From Nitrospirota bacterium (GTDB lineage: Bacteria; Nitrospirota; Thermodesulfovibrionia; Thermodesulfovibrionales; Dissulfurispiraceae), in the NCBI GenBank assembly GCA_963790025.1, contig CAWBMP010000002.1, positions 352,001 through 416,000 of the forward strand: a stretch of DNA of 64,000 nt, given 5' to 3'. The notes under the pieces are model-generated. The model ran no database searches, was not told the origin of the DNA, and saw only the letters and a program-made list of their open reading frames with translations. Position 1 is the stretch's first letter; each line of letters begins with the position of its first letter. Both the position numbers and the translations under genes were made by a program. Of the stretch, positions 43,255 through 51,498 are shown piece by piece.

Positions 43255-46200
43255 ATCGCTTCACCTCGCATAGTTTTCTTTGTCGCTTCATTGACAACCA
43301 GAGGGAGTACCGCGCTTCCACCGATTACAAGGGCATCGGTAAGATTTATCATCGTAGTTCCGAGCAGTCCTCTTAGTCCGGGCACCGCTATTGTCAGGGC
43401 CTGCAGCGCAAAAGACCCCCCAAGGGCAACGTCCAGATATCTGTTCGCGGGCAGCCGCTCCTTGTCGAACATACTCAGTCTCTCAGAACGGCAGCTTATG
43501 GCATGCAGAAGCTGACTTGAGGTGAGACTCATAAAGGCCAGGGTCCCTGCCTGAGCTCCAGGACCGTACCGCATGACGCCATATCCGTAAGCTCCGAGCG
43601 CAGTCGCACTCATCATCGCAGATTCGAAACCGATCCTTTTAAAGTCACTGCTCATGATAATAGGATGGTTAGGATTACGCGGAGGCTTGCTTAGGACGTC
43701 GGGTTCAGGGAGTTCAAGTGCCAATGCGAGCCCGGGGAATATATCGGATATGAGGTTGATCCAGAGCAATTGCATCGCACTAAGCGGCTGTCCAAGACCG
43801 GCGGCAGTGGCGGTGAACATTACCATAATTTCGCTCAGGTTTGTCGACAGGATGAAGTGCAACGATTTTCTGATATTGTTATAAATGGTGCGTCCATGAC
43901 TTACCGCGATAATCATGGTCTCAAGATTGTCGTCTTCGAGCACAATATCCGCCACCTCACGAGCGACGTCTGTGCCGGTGTGGCCCATTGCAATTCCTAT
44001 GTCGGCTGCCTTGAGCGCAGGGCCGTCATTAATACCGTCACCGGTCATGGCGACAACTTTCCCTGTGCTCTGCAGGGCCTGCACAATTTGAAGCTTATGC
44101 GCCGGACTCACGCGGGAAAAGACATGGACCCGCCCGGCAAGCGCTTTCATGACATCGGGTTCAATATCCGTAAGGTGCGTCGAATCAAGAATTTCGAGTT
44201 GTTCTCCGTTGCTCAGGTCCAGCTCGTTTCCGATGGCATAGGCCGTCGGCGTCTGGTCCCCGGTTATCATAACTGTTTCTATGCCGGCTGAGTGGAAAAC
44301 GCCGATCAGTTCCTTGACCCCCCTTCTCGTAGGGTCTGCCATACCTACAAGACCGAGCCAGACGAAACCGCTGGTGATGTCGCAGGCACTGCTTCCGTTT
44401 TCTATATGTTGATACGCGATGCCGAGGATCCTGAGTGCTTCACCGGCCATTCGTTCATTTTCCGTTTCCATTGCGAGCCTGTCATCAACTGAAATCGGGA
44501 ACTTTTCGCCGTCCTTTATATACAAGTCGCACATTTCCAGCACTTCTGTAGGGCTGCCTTTCAGTGCTATGATCTTGCCCTCGGGGCCGAAGTCATGTTG
44601 GGTGGCCATATAATTGCGGTTTTCAGCACGGTAACATATTTTCAGTAACGGGTACATCTTTCTGATTTGAATGATGTCGACGCCTGCACAAATCGCCATA
44701 TGCATCAGGGCATTCTCGGTTGGTGATCCCCGCAGCACATATCTTCCTTCTCCATTTTCATAACAACTGCTTTCTGCAGGCGCCTCACCGGCATGTTCTT
44801 TTACGCTGATTTCAGATTCGTTGCATAGCACAGATATATGAATAAGCCTCATGAACTCGTCCGAGGCATAGGGGTTAACTGTCTCAACCCCGACCATAAA
44901 TTTGCCGTCCCTTGCCTTTATTCTCTTCATTCCTGTATAAATTGCAACAACCGACATCCTGTTCAATGTTATAGTGCCGGTCTTGTCCATACATATAGTT
45001 TGCACAGAGCCGAGAGTTTCGACTGCGTTGAGATGACGGATAAGGACTTTATGCCGTCTCATATTCCTGATTCCGAGAGCGAGGGTCGTGGTGGCAACGG
45101 TCGGCAGCCCTTCGGGGACCGCTGCTACAGCAAGAGAAATCGAGCTTTTAAGCATCTGGATGAAACCGTATCCCCTGAGCAGCCCTATAAGGAAAACAAC
45201 ACCGCAGACAGCCCCGCTGATCAACACAAGCTGTGTACCCATTTTCTTGAGCTGCCGCTCCATAGGTGTCTCGGGAGACTCCGCAGCTCCCACGAGTTCC
45301 TGTATTTTTCCTATCTCAGTAAACTTTCCTGTGGCCACGACCACTGCAAGGCCCTGTCCCCCCGTAACCAGGGTGCCCATATAGGCCATGTTGACCCTAT
45401 CAGCAAGCGGCACATTGTCTTCGTCTATGCTCTCTGTAGTCTTCACGACCGGCAGGCTCTCGCCGGTAAGCGCAGATTCATCGACGCTCAGATAGGTCGC
45501 TTCAATCAGCCTGCTGTCGGCGGCAATATAGCTGCCGGGCCTGAACACCAGCATATCGCCAACGACCACCTCCTCGGCAGGGATATCTTTAAAAATACCG
45601 TCCCTTATGACAAGCGAGGATGGCCTTACAAGACTTTTGAGCGAGTTAATGGTTTTTTCCGCCTGGCTCTCGGTGACATAGCCGATGACCGCATTGATGA
45701 CCACTACTCCGGCAATAACCACAGCATCAGCGACGCCGCCAGTCACTATCGAGAGACCGGCTGCAACACCCAGCAGGGCATTCGGGATCGAATTGAATTG
45801 ATCGATAAGAATACTGAATGCTGAACGTGGAACTGATTCAGGGAGCAAATTGGGGCCGAATTTCTTTAGTCTGGCTTGAGCGCTATCAGTTGAAAGACCG
45901 GCAGTTGCCGAGGAACCCAAACGCTTAAGGACTGCGGATGGTGCTTCGGTATGCCATGCCTCTACCGTCTGGTCTTCCGCGTGTTCAACAAGTCTTCTTA
46001 ATTTTCCCCTGCTTTTTACTGGGACAGAAGACCGGACAACATTGGCCTTGCCGCTTTCTACAACAGGGAAAGGGTACCCGGGCGCAGTCTCTGACTGAGT
46101 AACTGTATTTGCAGCCTGCTGAAAGTCGCCGCCTTGATATTCGCGGACGATATCATGAATAAGATGCGCTATGGCATGAGGGGTATTGAAGGAATTGAAA

Positions 46201-46364
46201 TAGACGAGAACACTGCCGGTCAATATGTTTATTGAGACGTCACTAATCCCCTCTAAGCCAGAAAGGCCTGATTCAAGGTGTTTTTTTAGAGATTCCGAAC
46301 GACGAAGCCCCTCTACCTTGTATCGGACCCTTCCCGGCACTGCCGCATGTACTGTCTCGACCAC
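43251..46364 (-). CDS. P-type ATPase (P2A, Ca2+-type motifs) with an N-terminal HMA_2 domain
   Basis: TGES, VAAVPEGLP, DKTGT, MITGD, GDGIND, M5 STNLSE, M6 WINLISD; N-terminal VPGRVR..NILTGSVLV. Confidence 0.93.
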   Translation of the reverse strand: MVETVHAAVPGRVRYKVEGLRRSESLKKHLESGLSGLEGISDVSINILTGSVLVYFNSFNTPHAIAHLIHDIVREYQGGDFQQAANTVTQSETAPGYPFPVVESGKANVVRSSVPVKSRGKLRRLVEHAEDQTVEAWHTEAPSAVLKRLGSSATAGLSTDSAQARLKKFGPNLLPESVPRSAFSILIDQFNSIPNALLGVAAGLSIVTGGVADAVVIAGVVVINAVIGYVTESQAEKTINSLKSLVRPSSLVIRDGIFKDIPAEEVVVGDMLVFRPGSYIAADSRLIEATYLSVDESALTGESLPVVKTTESIDEDNVPLADRVNMAYMGTLVTGGQGLAVVVATGKFTEIGKIQELVGAAESPETPMERQLKKMGTQLVLISGAVCGVVFLIGLLRGYGFIQMLKSSISLAVAAVPEGLPTVATTTLALGIRNMRRHKVLIRHLNAVETLGSVQTICMDKTGTITLNRMSVVAIYTGMKRIKARDGKFMVGVETVNPYASDEFMRLIHISVLCNESEISVKEHAGEAPAESSCYENGEGRYVLRGSPTENALMHMAICAGVDIIQIRKMYPLLKICYRAENRNYMATQHDFGPEGKIIALKGSPTEVLEMCDLYIKDGEKFPISVDDRLAMETENERMAGEALRILGIAYQHIENGSSACDITSGFVWLGLVGMADPTRRGVKELIGVFHSAGIETVMITGDQTPTAYAIGNELDLSNGEQLEILDSTHLTDIEPDVMKALAGRVHVFSRVSPAHKLQIVQALQSTGKVVAMTGDGINDGPALKAADIGIAMGHTGTDVAREVADIVLEDDNLETMIIAVSHGRTIYNNIRKSLHFILSTNLSEIMVMFTATAAGLGQPLSAMQLLWINLISDIFPGLALALELPEPDVLSKPPRNPNHPIIMSSDFKRIGFESAMMSATALGAYGYGVMRYGPGAQAGTLAFMSLTSSQLLHAISCRSERLSMFDKERLPANRYLDVALGGSFALQALTIAVPGLRGLLGTTMINLTDALVIGGSAVLPLVVNEATKKTMRGEAI

Positions 46365-46370
46365 GTAACT

Positions 46371-47039
46371 TTATTCTTCCCTTTTCGTTTTATGCTTTGT
46401 AGAAATTTCAGCCGGCCCGCTGGAAGAGGGTCCTGATGCAGACGAACGCGGCAGCGCGGAGCCGGCAATTTCCTTAACTCCGGAAACGACGCCGACCAGC
46501 ATGTCCTTTACAGCTCGCACTGCCGTATTCCCGATCGAGCCCGCGGCCTCTATTGCCCCGCCAACAGCGACAGTAGCGGCCTCTTCGACATTCCCACCTA
46601 CTTCTTTCGTAGCTTCAATTACACCGTCAACGGCCCTTCTCGCTACGAGTGCCACATCGGCACCGACTTCGGCAGCCCCCTTGACAGCGCCCTTAACGGT
46701 CTGCTCGGCAACTTTCATAACATCCCCGCCAACATCGCTGACGCCCATTACGATGCCCTTGGCAACGCTTTTGGTGCTCAGGATTAAGCCTGTGCCGACC
46801 TCTTCCGTAGCCTGAATTGCACCTTTTACCACATCTGCGGTAATAGTAACACCTTCATTAGCCACAGATGCAGTCGCTTTCAGGGTATTCGATACAGTAT
46901 TTCTGACAAGACTCACGATTTCCGCCTCGATTTCGTTTATCCCCTTCAGACTGCTTACAATCCCCTCTTTCACCTTTGTTCCGGCTGCGCCAATATATGC
47001 AGCCCCCTCTGAACCGACCTTCCCTTCGCTCTTAGCCAT
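46371..47039 (-). CDS. Ala/Val/Gly-rich protein with 22-residue amphipathic repeats
   Basis: GGAGG SD before ATG 47039; six or more tandem 22-mers. Confidence 0.85.
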   Translation of the reverse strand: MAKSEGKVGSEGAAYIGAAGTKVKEGIVSSLKGINEIEAEIVSLVRNTVSNTLKATASVANEGVTITADVVKGAIQATEEVGTGLILSTKSVAKGIVMGVSDVGGDVMKVAEQTVKGAVKGAAEVGADVALVARRAVDGVIEATKEVGGNVEEAATVAVGGAIEAAGSIGNTAVRAVKDMLVGVVSGVKEIAGSALPRSSASGPSSSGPAEISTKHKTKREE

Positions 47040-47123
47040 GATAATGCCCTCCATTTTTACACCTTTTAATTGTGTTGTTTTTAGCGTGCCGTAAAGTAGC
47101 GGCGTCACGGCGCATAGCTGCCG

Positions 47124-47609
47124 CTACTTTCTCTCCTCATCAGCGGCAGCAGGCAATGATTTCAGAAATACGTTTAATGCATACCAGAAGGCGGTATACC
47201 ACGCAGGAGCTGCAAAGTTTCCACTTGCAATTTCGTAAACACCGAACCCGACAAGAGTAACGAAAGCAACTCCGGGTACATCCACTTCGTTACCGGTAAA
47301 TTTTTTCACTTTTTTATCAAAGCCACTGAAAGCATTGACAATATTGGCGGACAGAGCTGTGGTCCGTGGCCCTTTTTTGAGCTTGAAAAGTGCCTTTCCC
47401 TCGGCAAATGCTGCAATGGCCTTTAAATCAGCAGTATGTATAAATAACAGACTGCCTGTCAGGGCATTTGCATGGACCTGCTCAACTCCCTCAAATTGCG
47501 CAAAGTGATCCTGCAAAGCAGAGAAGTAGGCGGCATCTCCTTTCCTTCCAGGCACTTTTACCCTGAATCTTCCAGGCGTTGCGTGGCTCAAAATGGCTTC
47601 AGGTATCAT
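47124..47609 (-). CDS. HMA_2-domain protein with a hydrophobic C-terminal segment
   Basis: HATPGRFRV...ANALTGSLLF; APAWYTAFWYA. Confidence 0.85.
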   Translation of the reverse strand: MIPEAILSHATPGRFRVKVPGRKGDAAYFSALQDHFAQFEGVEQVHANALTGSLLFIHTADLKAIAAFAEGKALFKLKKGPRTTALSANIVNAFSGFDKKVKKFTGNEVDVPGVAFVTLVGFGVYEIASGNFAAPAWYTAFWYALNVFLKSLPAAADEERK

Positions 47610-47896
47610 TAAGCTCCTGTTTTGTCCTCGGGGTTAATGCCGGTTGTTTCAGTATGAGATTCTGCCATTTCAGCCTTTACCTCCGCAACGATATCTTCCA
47701 TCATTTCCCCTGCTTCCGCGAAAGTCTCTCTGCTTTTTTCATAGAGTATAAGGCCGCCCTTTATTGCAGCTTTTGCAATCGGTTTTACGACTCCTGCAAT
47801 CGCAGGAATCACCTGCGGGGCAAATAGGGCCGCGCCAATACCTATAGCCAATCCTGTAAGGATATTACCTTTTAACCCATTTTCAAATAGTGCCAT
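47609..47896 (-). CDS. DUF5132-like protein
   Basis: GLAIGIGAALFAP..KPIAKAAIKGG..YEK..AEAGE..EDIVAE. Confidence 0.85.
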   Translation of the reverse strand: MALFENGLKGNILTGLAIGIGAALFAPQVIPAIAGVVKPIAKAAIKGGLILYEKSRETFAEAGEMMEDIVAEVKAEMAESHTETTGINPEDKTGA

Positions 47897-48063
47897 GGTT
47901 TCCTCCTTGTCGGTCTTTAAGTAAAGTGTATATTAATATGGGTTCAAAGTAAATGTAACCCAAACTTTTCATTACTTGCCTACTTTCAAGACAGGTAATC
48001 AGGAGACAGTTAAAGAATTCTTCACTGTTAAAACCTTTGCTGTGACATGTTAAAACCTTTGTC

Positions 48064-48091
48064 TTGACACTCTTCATTTTTCGGCTATACT
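48064..48091 (+). promoter_or_regulatory. Sigma70-type promoter
   Basis: TTGACA-16 nt-TATACT. Confidence 0.65.
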
Positions 48092-48093
48092 TT

Positions 48094-48125
48094 AATTGGA
48101 GCGTATATAAATTGGAGCGTATATA
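48094..48125 (+). repeat. Exact 16-bp tandem duplication
   Basis: AATTGGAGCGTATATA x2. Confidence 0.9.
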
Positions 48126-48144
48126 AAAAGGGAGGTGCATCGCT

Positions 48145-48306
48145 ATGCCTATTGAAGTGAGCGTCACAGAACGGGAACTGCTGAAGAAGATCCTCAATTC
48201 GTATCTTTCAGAGCTGAGACTTGAGATCGTCGAAACGAAACACGACAAATCGTCCCTCCATGAAGAAGAGAACCTCGTAAGAGGGCTGCTGCAAAAGGTA
48301 TCCTAA
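48145..48306 (+). CDS. 53-aa helical hypothetical protein (not in the ORF track)
   Basis: GGGAGGTG SD; MPIEVSVTERELLKKILNSYLSELRLEIVETKHDKSSLHEEENLVRGLLQKVS*. Confidence 0.8.
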   Translation: MPIEVSVTERELLKKILNSYLSELRLEIVETKHDKSSLHEEENLVRGLLQKVS

Positions 48307-48328
48307 CTGTTGTTATGCCTTGTTCCCC

Positions 48329-48370
48329 GCCGAAGCTACCCGCTCCACCCGGGTGGCTTCGGTCGATTTT
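48329..48370 (+). terminator. Intrinsic terminator
   Basis: CCGAAGCTACCC/GGGTGGCTTCGG stem with a short T tail. Confidence 0.65.
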
Positions 48371-48387
48371 AACAGCGTAATAGATTA

Positions 48388-48443
48388 TGTAACTTAAAAT
48401 TAATATTTCTGTAAAACTGCTTTAACCCTCTATCCTTTAAACT
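48388..48443 (+). promoter_or_regulatory. Pho-box-like array plus -10, olsB/olsA-like operon
   Basis: tgtaac/attaat/tgtaaa/tttaac at 48388, 48399, 48410, 48421; TAAACT 11 nt downstream. Confidence 0.75.
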
Positions 48444-48583
48444 ATACAAATTCACATCGTGACATCAGAAATAATGAATATCCAATTTTACTATGTTACC
48501 AAGCACTTAAAGCGTATATGGATAATGTATTGAGTGTCCTGCGACATGCAGCATTCAACATTTCCCATAGAGGAGGTGCATTT

Positions 48584-49378
48584 ATGGAACACACTCAATG
48601 TACGGTTCTGAGCATGCGCAACGGTAATTTTATTGTGAAACTTGCTGAATACCATGAGGAACTGGTTAAAGCACTCAGACTGCGTTTTGATGTATTCAAT
48701 AGAGAATTGAACGAGGGTCTTGACAGCTCTTATATGACCGGGATGGACCGGGACAGTTACGATGACTATTGCGACCATCTTATTGTAATCGATACAAGAT
48801 GTAACAAGGTTGTAGGCACCTATCGCCTCCTCCTTGGTTCGGTCGCAGAAAGCAATATCGGCTATTATTCGGAGGGTGAATTCGACATGACCGGCATCAA
48901 GGCTATAGGTGGAGAGAAACTTGAACTCGGCCGATCCTGCGTCCACAGTGATTACAGGAATGCAGGTGTCATCAACCTGCTTTGGGCCGGCATAGCGCGG
49001 TACGTGGAAATGTACGATGTACGCCATTTATTCGGCTGCGGCAGCCTGCACACCGATGACCCTGTTGAAGTAAGCATGGTATACTTTTATATGAACACGT
49101 TTCACCGCTCGGGCGCCGAATTTACGGTGTACCCCATGAAAAAGCTGCGCGGGGTCGGCTTATGCCCTATTGTGGACCAGAAAACCGCGTTCGATAAACT
49201 TCCCCCGCTTATTAAGGGATACCTGCGGCTCGGAGCACTTATATGCGGAGAGCCGGCCTACGACGACGTATTCGGCACTACCGATCTCTATCTGCTACTG
49301 GAAACCGAAAAGTTGATCTCCCGGTATAAAAGGAGGTTTTTCCAGGAGCCAAACGAGACGTTATGCCGGGCATCGTAA
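48584..49378 (+). CDS. GNAT N-acyltransferase, OlsB-like (amino-lipid synthesis)
   Basis: LRFDVF, D.YDDYCDHL, VVGTYRL, YSEGEFD, ELGRSCV, PPLIKGYLRLGA. Confidence 0.85.
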   Translation: MEHTQCTVLSMRNGNFIVKLAEYHEELVKALRLRFDVFNRELNEGLDSSYMTGMDRDSYDDYCDHLIVIDTRCNKVVGTYRLLLGSVAESNIGYYSEGEFDMTGIKAIGGEKLELGRSCVHSDYRNAGVINLLWAGIARYVEMYDVRHLFGCGSLHTDDPVEVSMVYFYMNTFHRSGAEFTVYPMKKLRGVGLCPIVDQKTAFDKLPPLIKGYLRLGALICGEPAYDDVFGTTDLYLLLETEKLISRYKRRFFQEPNETLCRAS

Positions 49379-50157
49379 AAATCCGAAAATTATTTCTCCT
49401 TCTTATAGTTAGCCTTTTCGTTTTTGTCTGTGGTATCCTGATCAAAGTCTTTCCCCTTGAACAGGGTCGAAAATTGAGTCTTCAGACACGCTTCATGCGG
49501 TTATGGGCACGGTCCGGCTGTTTCATCCTCGGCATCAATATTGCCTCCACCGGCTCATATAGAGCTGACGATGTTTTTTTTATCGTGAGCAATCATTGCA
49601 GCTATATCGATATACTTATTATCGGCAGTCTGATTCCATCCGTATTCGTTTCAAAAAGTGATGTGGCCTCATGGATATTCCTTGGGAGGATGGTAAAACT
49701 TGCCGGGACCATTTTTGTCAACCGGGAATCCAAAACAGCTTCGGTCAGAGCAATGGAGGCCATTAAGGAGCGACTTGCAAACGGCATCAATGTTGTGGTT
49801 TTTCCTGAAGGTACCACCAATAACGGACTTGCTATCAGAGATTTCAAGAGCACCTTTTTCAAGGCGCCCATCGACAGTAACGTGCCTGTTTTGCCTGTGA
49901 GCATTATTTATTCGCACATAGATCGAACTCCCGTGACACCCGGCACAATAGACGCCGTCGCCTGGCACTCAGACATGGAGTTTCTTTCTCATTTTTGGAA
50001 CCTTCTCGGTATCGGGAGGATTGACGCGCGTATTCATTTCAGTCCGCCCCTCTACCATTTTACCGAAAACAGAAAAATACTTTCTTCTTTTGTCTTTGAG
50101 AAAGTCAGAGATGGAATAGAAATTGGAAGATGTTTTAGAGAAGAAGATACTTGTTGA
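49363..50157 (+). CDS. PlsC/OlsA-like lysolipid acyltransferase
   Basis: NHCSYID (HX4D), FVSK, FPEGT; overlaps the upstream GNAT gene. Confidence 0.88.
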   Translation: MPGIVKIRKLFLLLIVSLFVFVCGILIKVFPLEQGRKLSLQTRFMRLWARSGCFILGINIASTGSYRADDVFFIVSNHCSYIDILIIGSLIPSVFVSKSDVASWIFLGRMVKLAGTIFVNRESKTASVRAMEAIKERLANGINVVVFPEGTTNNGLAIRDFKSTFFKAPIDSNVPVLPVSIIYSHIDRTPVTPGTIDAVAWHSDMEFLSHFWNLLGIGRIDARIHFSPPLYHFTENRKILSSFVFEKVRDGIEIGRCFREEDTC

Positions 50158-50206
50158 ATGGGACAATTAGCCTGGCGGCAAGAAAGCGGCTGCGTTCGCG
50201 GCAGTT

Positions 50207-50578
50207 TTATATCAGGACAGCTAATATTGAGAGGGCCGAACCTTCCAATGCCTGCTGGACAAAGGCACCCAAAACCGCCCTGCCCACGATATGACCGGCT
50301 GTTTTAGCTGCTCCATGAATATACTGATCAGTGGTTGCCGCCTTTGTCGTATCGAAATAACCTTTTCTCTGCAATATATTGATAATATCGTTGTGGCCGG
50401 TCATTTTGGGGTTATAGTTTACCAGAAGACTACCGGTAGTAAGGTTAATATCGATTGTCGCAATACCCTGCAGCTGACTTAATGTCTTTTTTAACTCGTT
50501 AGCCACGTTTTCGTTCTTTTTTATTACAGGGCTTTTTATTCTGAGTCTTCCAGGCACATTATGAATGTAATAGCTCAC
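50207..50578 (-). CDS. HMA_2-domain protein
   Basis: HNVPGRLRI...INLTTGSLLVNY; AGGAGGAG SD. Confidence 0.85.
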   Translation of the reverse strand: MSYYIHNVPGRLRIKSPVIKKNENVANELKKTLSQLQGIATIDINLTTGSLLVNYNPKMTGHNDIINILQRKGYFDTTKAATTDQYIHGAAKTAGHIVGRAVLGAFVQQALEGSALSILAVLI

Positions 50579-50873
50579 TATCTCCTCCCTTCATGTCAAT
50601 TTTCGTGAATGTTTTACAATCTGGATATCCCGAACACCTGAACCGCAATATTTTTTCTTCCCTTTTATATAAATGCATCATTCTTCCGCAAACCGGGCAC
50701 AGAGGCCTGTTTTTTACTTCAAATCTTACGGCACCGGCGCTAAACTGCCTGCCGCATATAAGACATAGGAACCTCTGTTTTCCCTGCCACGTCTTACCAT
50801 ATTTATACACGGCATCCAACTTGCAGTGCGGGCATTTAGTTGTAAAGCTTTGTGTCACCGCATCTGCTGTCAT
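50559..50873 (-). CDS. Double zinc-ribbon protein (IS1 InsA-like ribbon + topoisomerase C4-like finger)
   Basis: CPHC..KYG...GKQRFLCLIC; CPVCG.MM..RFRCSGYPDC. Confidence 0.75.
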   Translation of the reverse strand: MTADAVTQSFTTKCPHCKLDAVYKYGKTWQGKQRFLCLICGRQFSAGAVRFEVKNRPLCPVCGRMMHLYKREEKILRFRCSGYPDCKTFTKIDMKGGDSELLHS

Positions 50874-50894
50874 GTAATATTTAATCAAATTATG

Positions 50895-50933
50895 GTTACA
50901 CGACTATGACAGTTTTGTTACTTTTGTGTTAAA
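50895..50933 (-). promoter_or_regulatory. Pho-box-like array
   Basis: gttaca/atgaca/gttact/gttaaa at 50895, 50906, 50917, 50928. Confidence 0.8.
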
Positions 50934-51144
50934 TCTCGGCACACCGGGAAAACTCGGATAGCTTGCCATCCCAAGCAGGCTGCAATGCGCAAAAATAAAT
51001 CGAACACGCTTCATGATGACGGCCCATGCATACTTTAATATTGACATCTCTCATGTCTTTAATAAGTCTGTCCGCCGCATAGCAGTGAGCACCTTCAGAG
51101 GTCCCCTTAAGGTAAGGGCACATTATAAGACTTTGCATATTCAT
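50929..51144 (-). CDS. 4-Cys microprotein, copy 2
   Basis: GGAGG SD; CPYL..C-x17-C-x7-CSIY. Confidence 0.75.
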   Translation of the reverse strand: MNMQSLIMCPYLKGTSEGAHCYAADRLIKDMRDVNIKVCMGRHHEACSIYFCALQPAWDGKLSEFSRCAEI

Positions 51145-51165
51145 AATACCCTCCATACCATAGAT

Positions 51166-51221
51166 AGAATAGCAGTTGAATTGTTACAAGAATATTAAAA
51201 TAATGTTACATTCTTGTAACA
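51166..51221 (-). promoter_or_regulatory. Pho-box-like array plus -10
   Basis: gttaca/attaaa/gttaca/gtaaca at 51183, 51194, 51205, 51216; TATTCT 11 nt downstream. Confidence 0.75.
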
Positions 51222-51280
51222 AAGAATTAATCGGTTCTGGGTCATAGAAAAATTATATTTTAACTCGGGGCACATACTCT

Positions 51281-51487
51281 TTATCTACTTCGCAAGGTCC
51301 TGGCAAGGAAAATTGGACAATTATCATAATTCTCGTTATCGCAATGACCTGCCCTTCTGTTTGTATCGATTACCATTCGTGAAAGAGAGGCTGCACAAAT
51401 ACCGCTCTCGTCATTGCAATACGGACAGTTATGCTCCTCACGTATAACGGCATAAATAGCTTCGCTCCTGGTTGCACACGTGTCCAT
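51281..51487 (-). CDS. 4-Cys microprotein, copy 3
   Basis: AGGGGG SD; CPYC..C-x17-C-x7-CPIF. Confidence 0.75.
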   Translation of the reverse strand: MDTCATRSEAIYAVIREEHNCPYCNDESGICAASLSRMVIDTNRRAGHCDNENYDNCPIFLARTLRSR

Positions 51488-51498
51488 ATAAGTGCCCC

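Noticed and set aside
41592..47896. Magnetosome island or heavy-metal (P1B) resistance operon
   Set aside because: No recognisable mam core genes; the ATPase has PEGL, not a CPx motif
47883..48248. 121-aa minus-strand ORF
   Set aside because: Spans promoter DNA and is antisense to a better-supported 53-aa gene
50559..50888. IS1 element
   Set aside because: Only a zinc ribbon; no InsB/DDE frame or terminal inverted repeats seen
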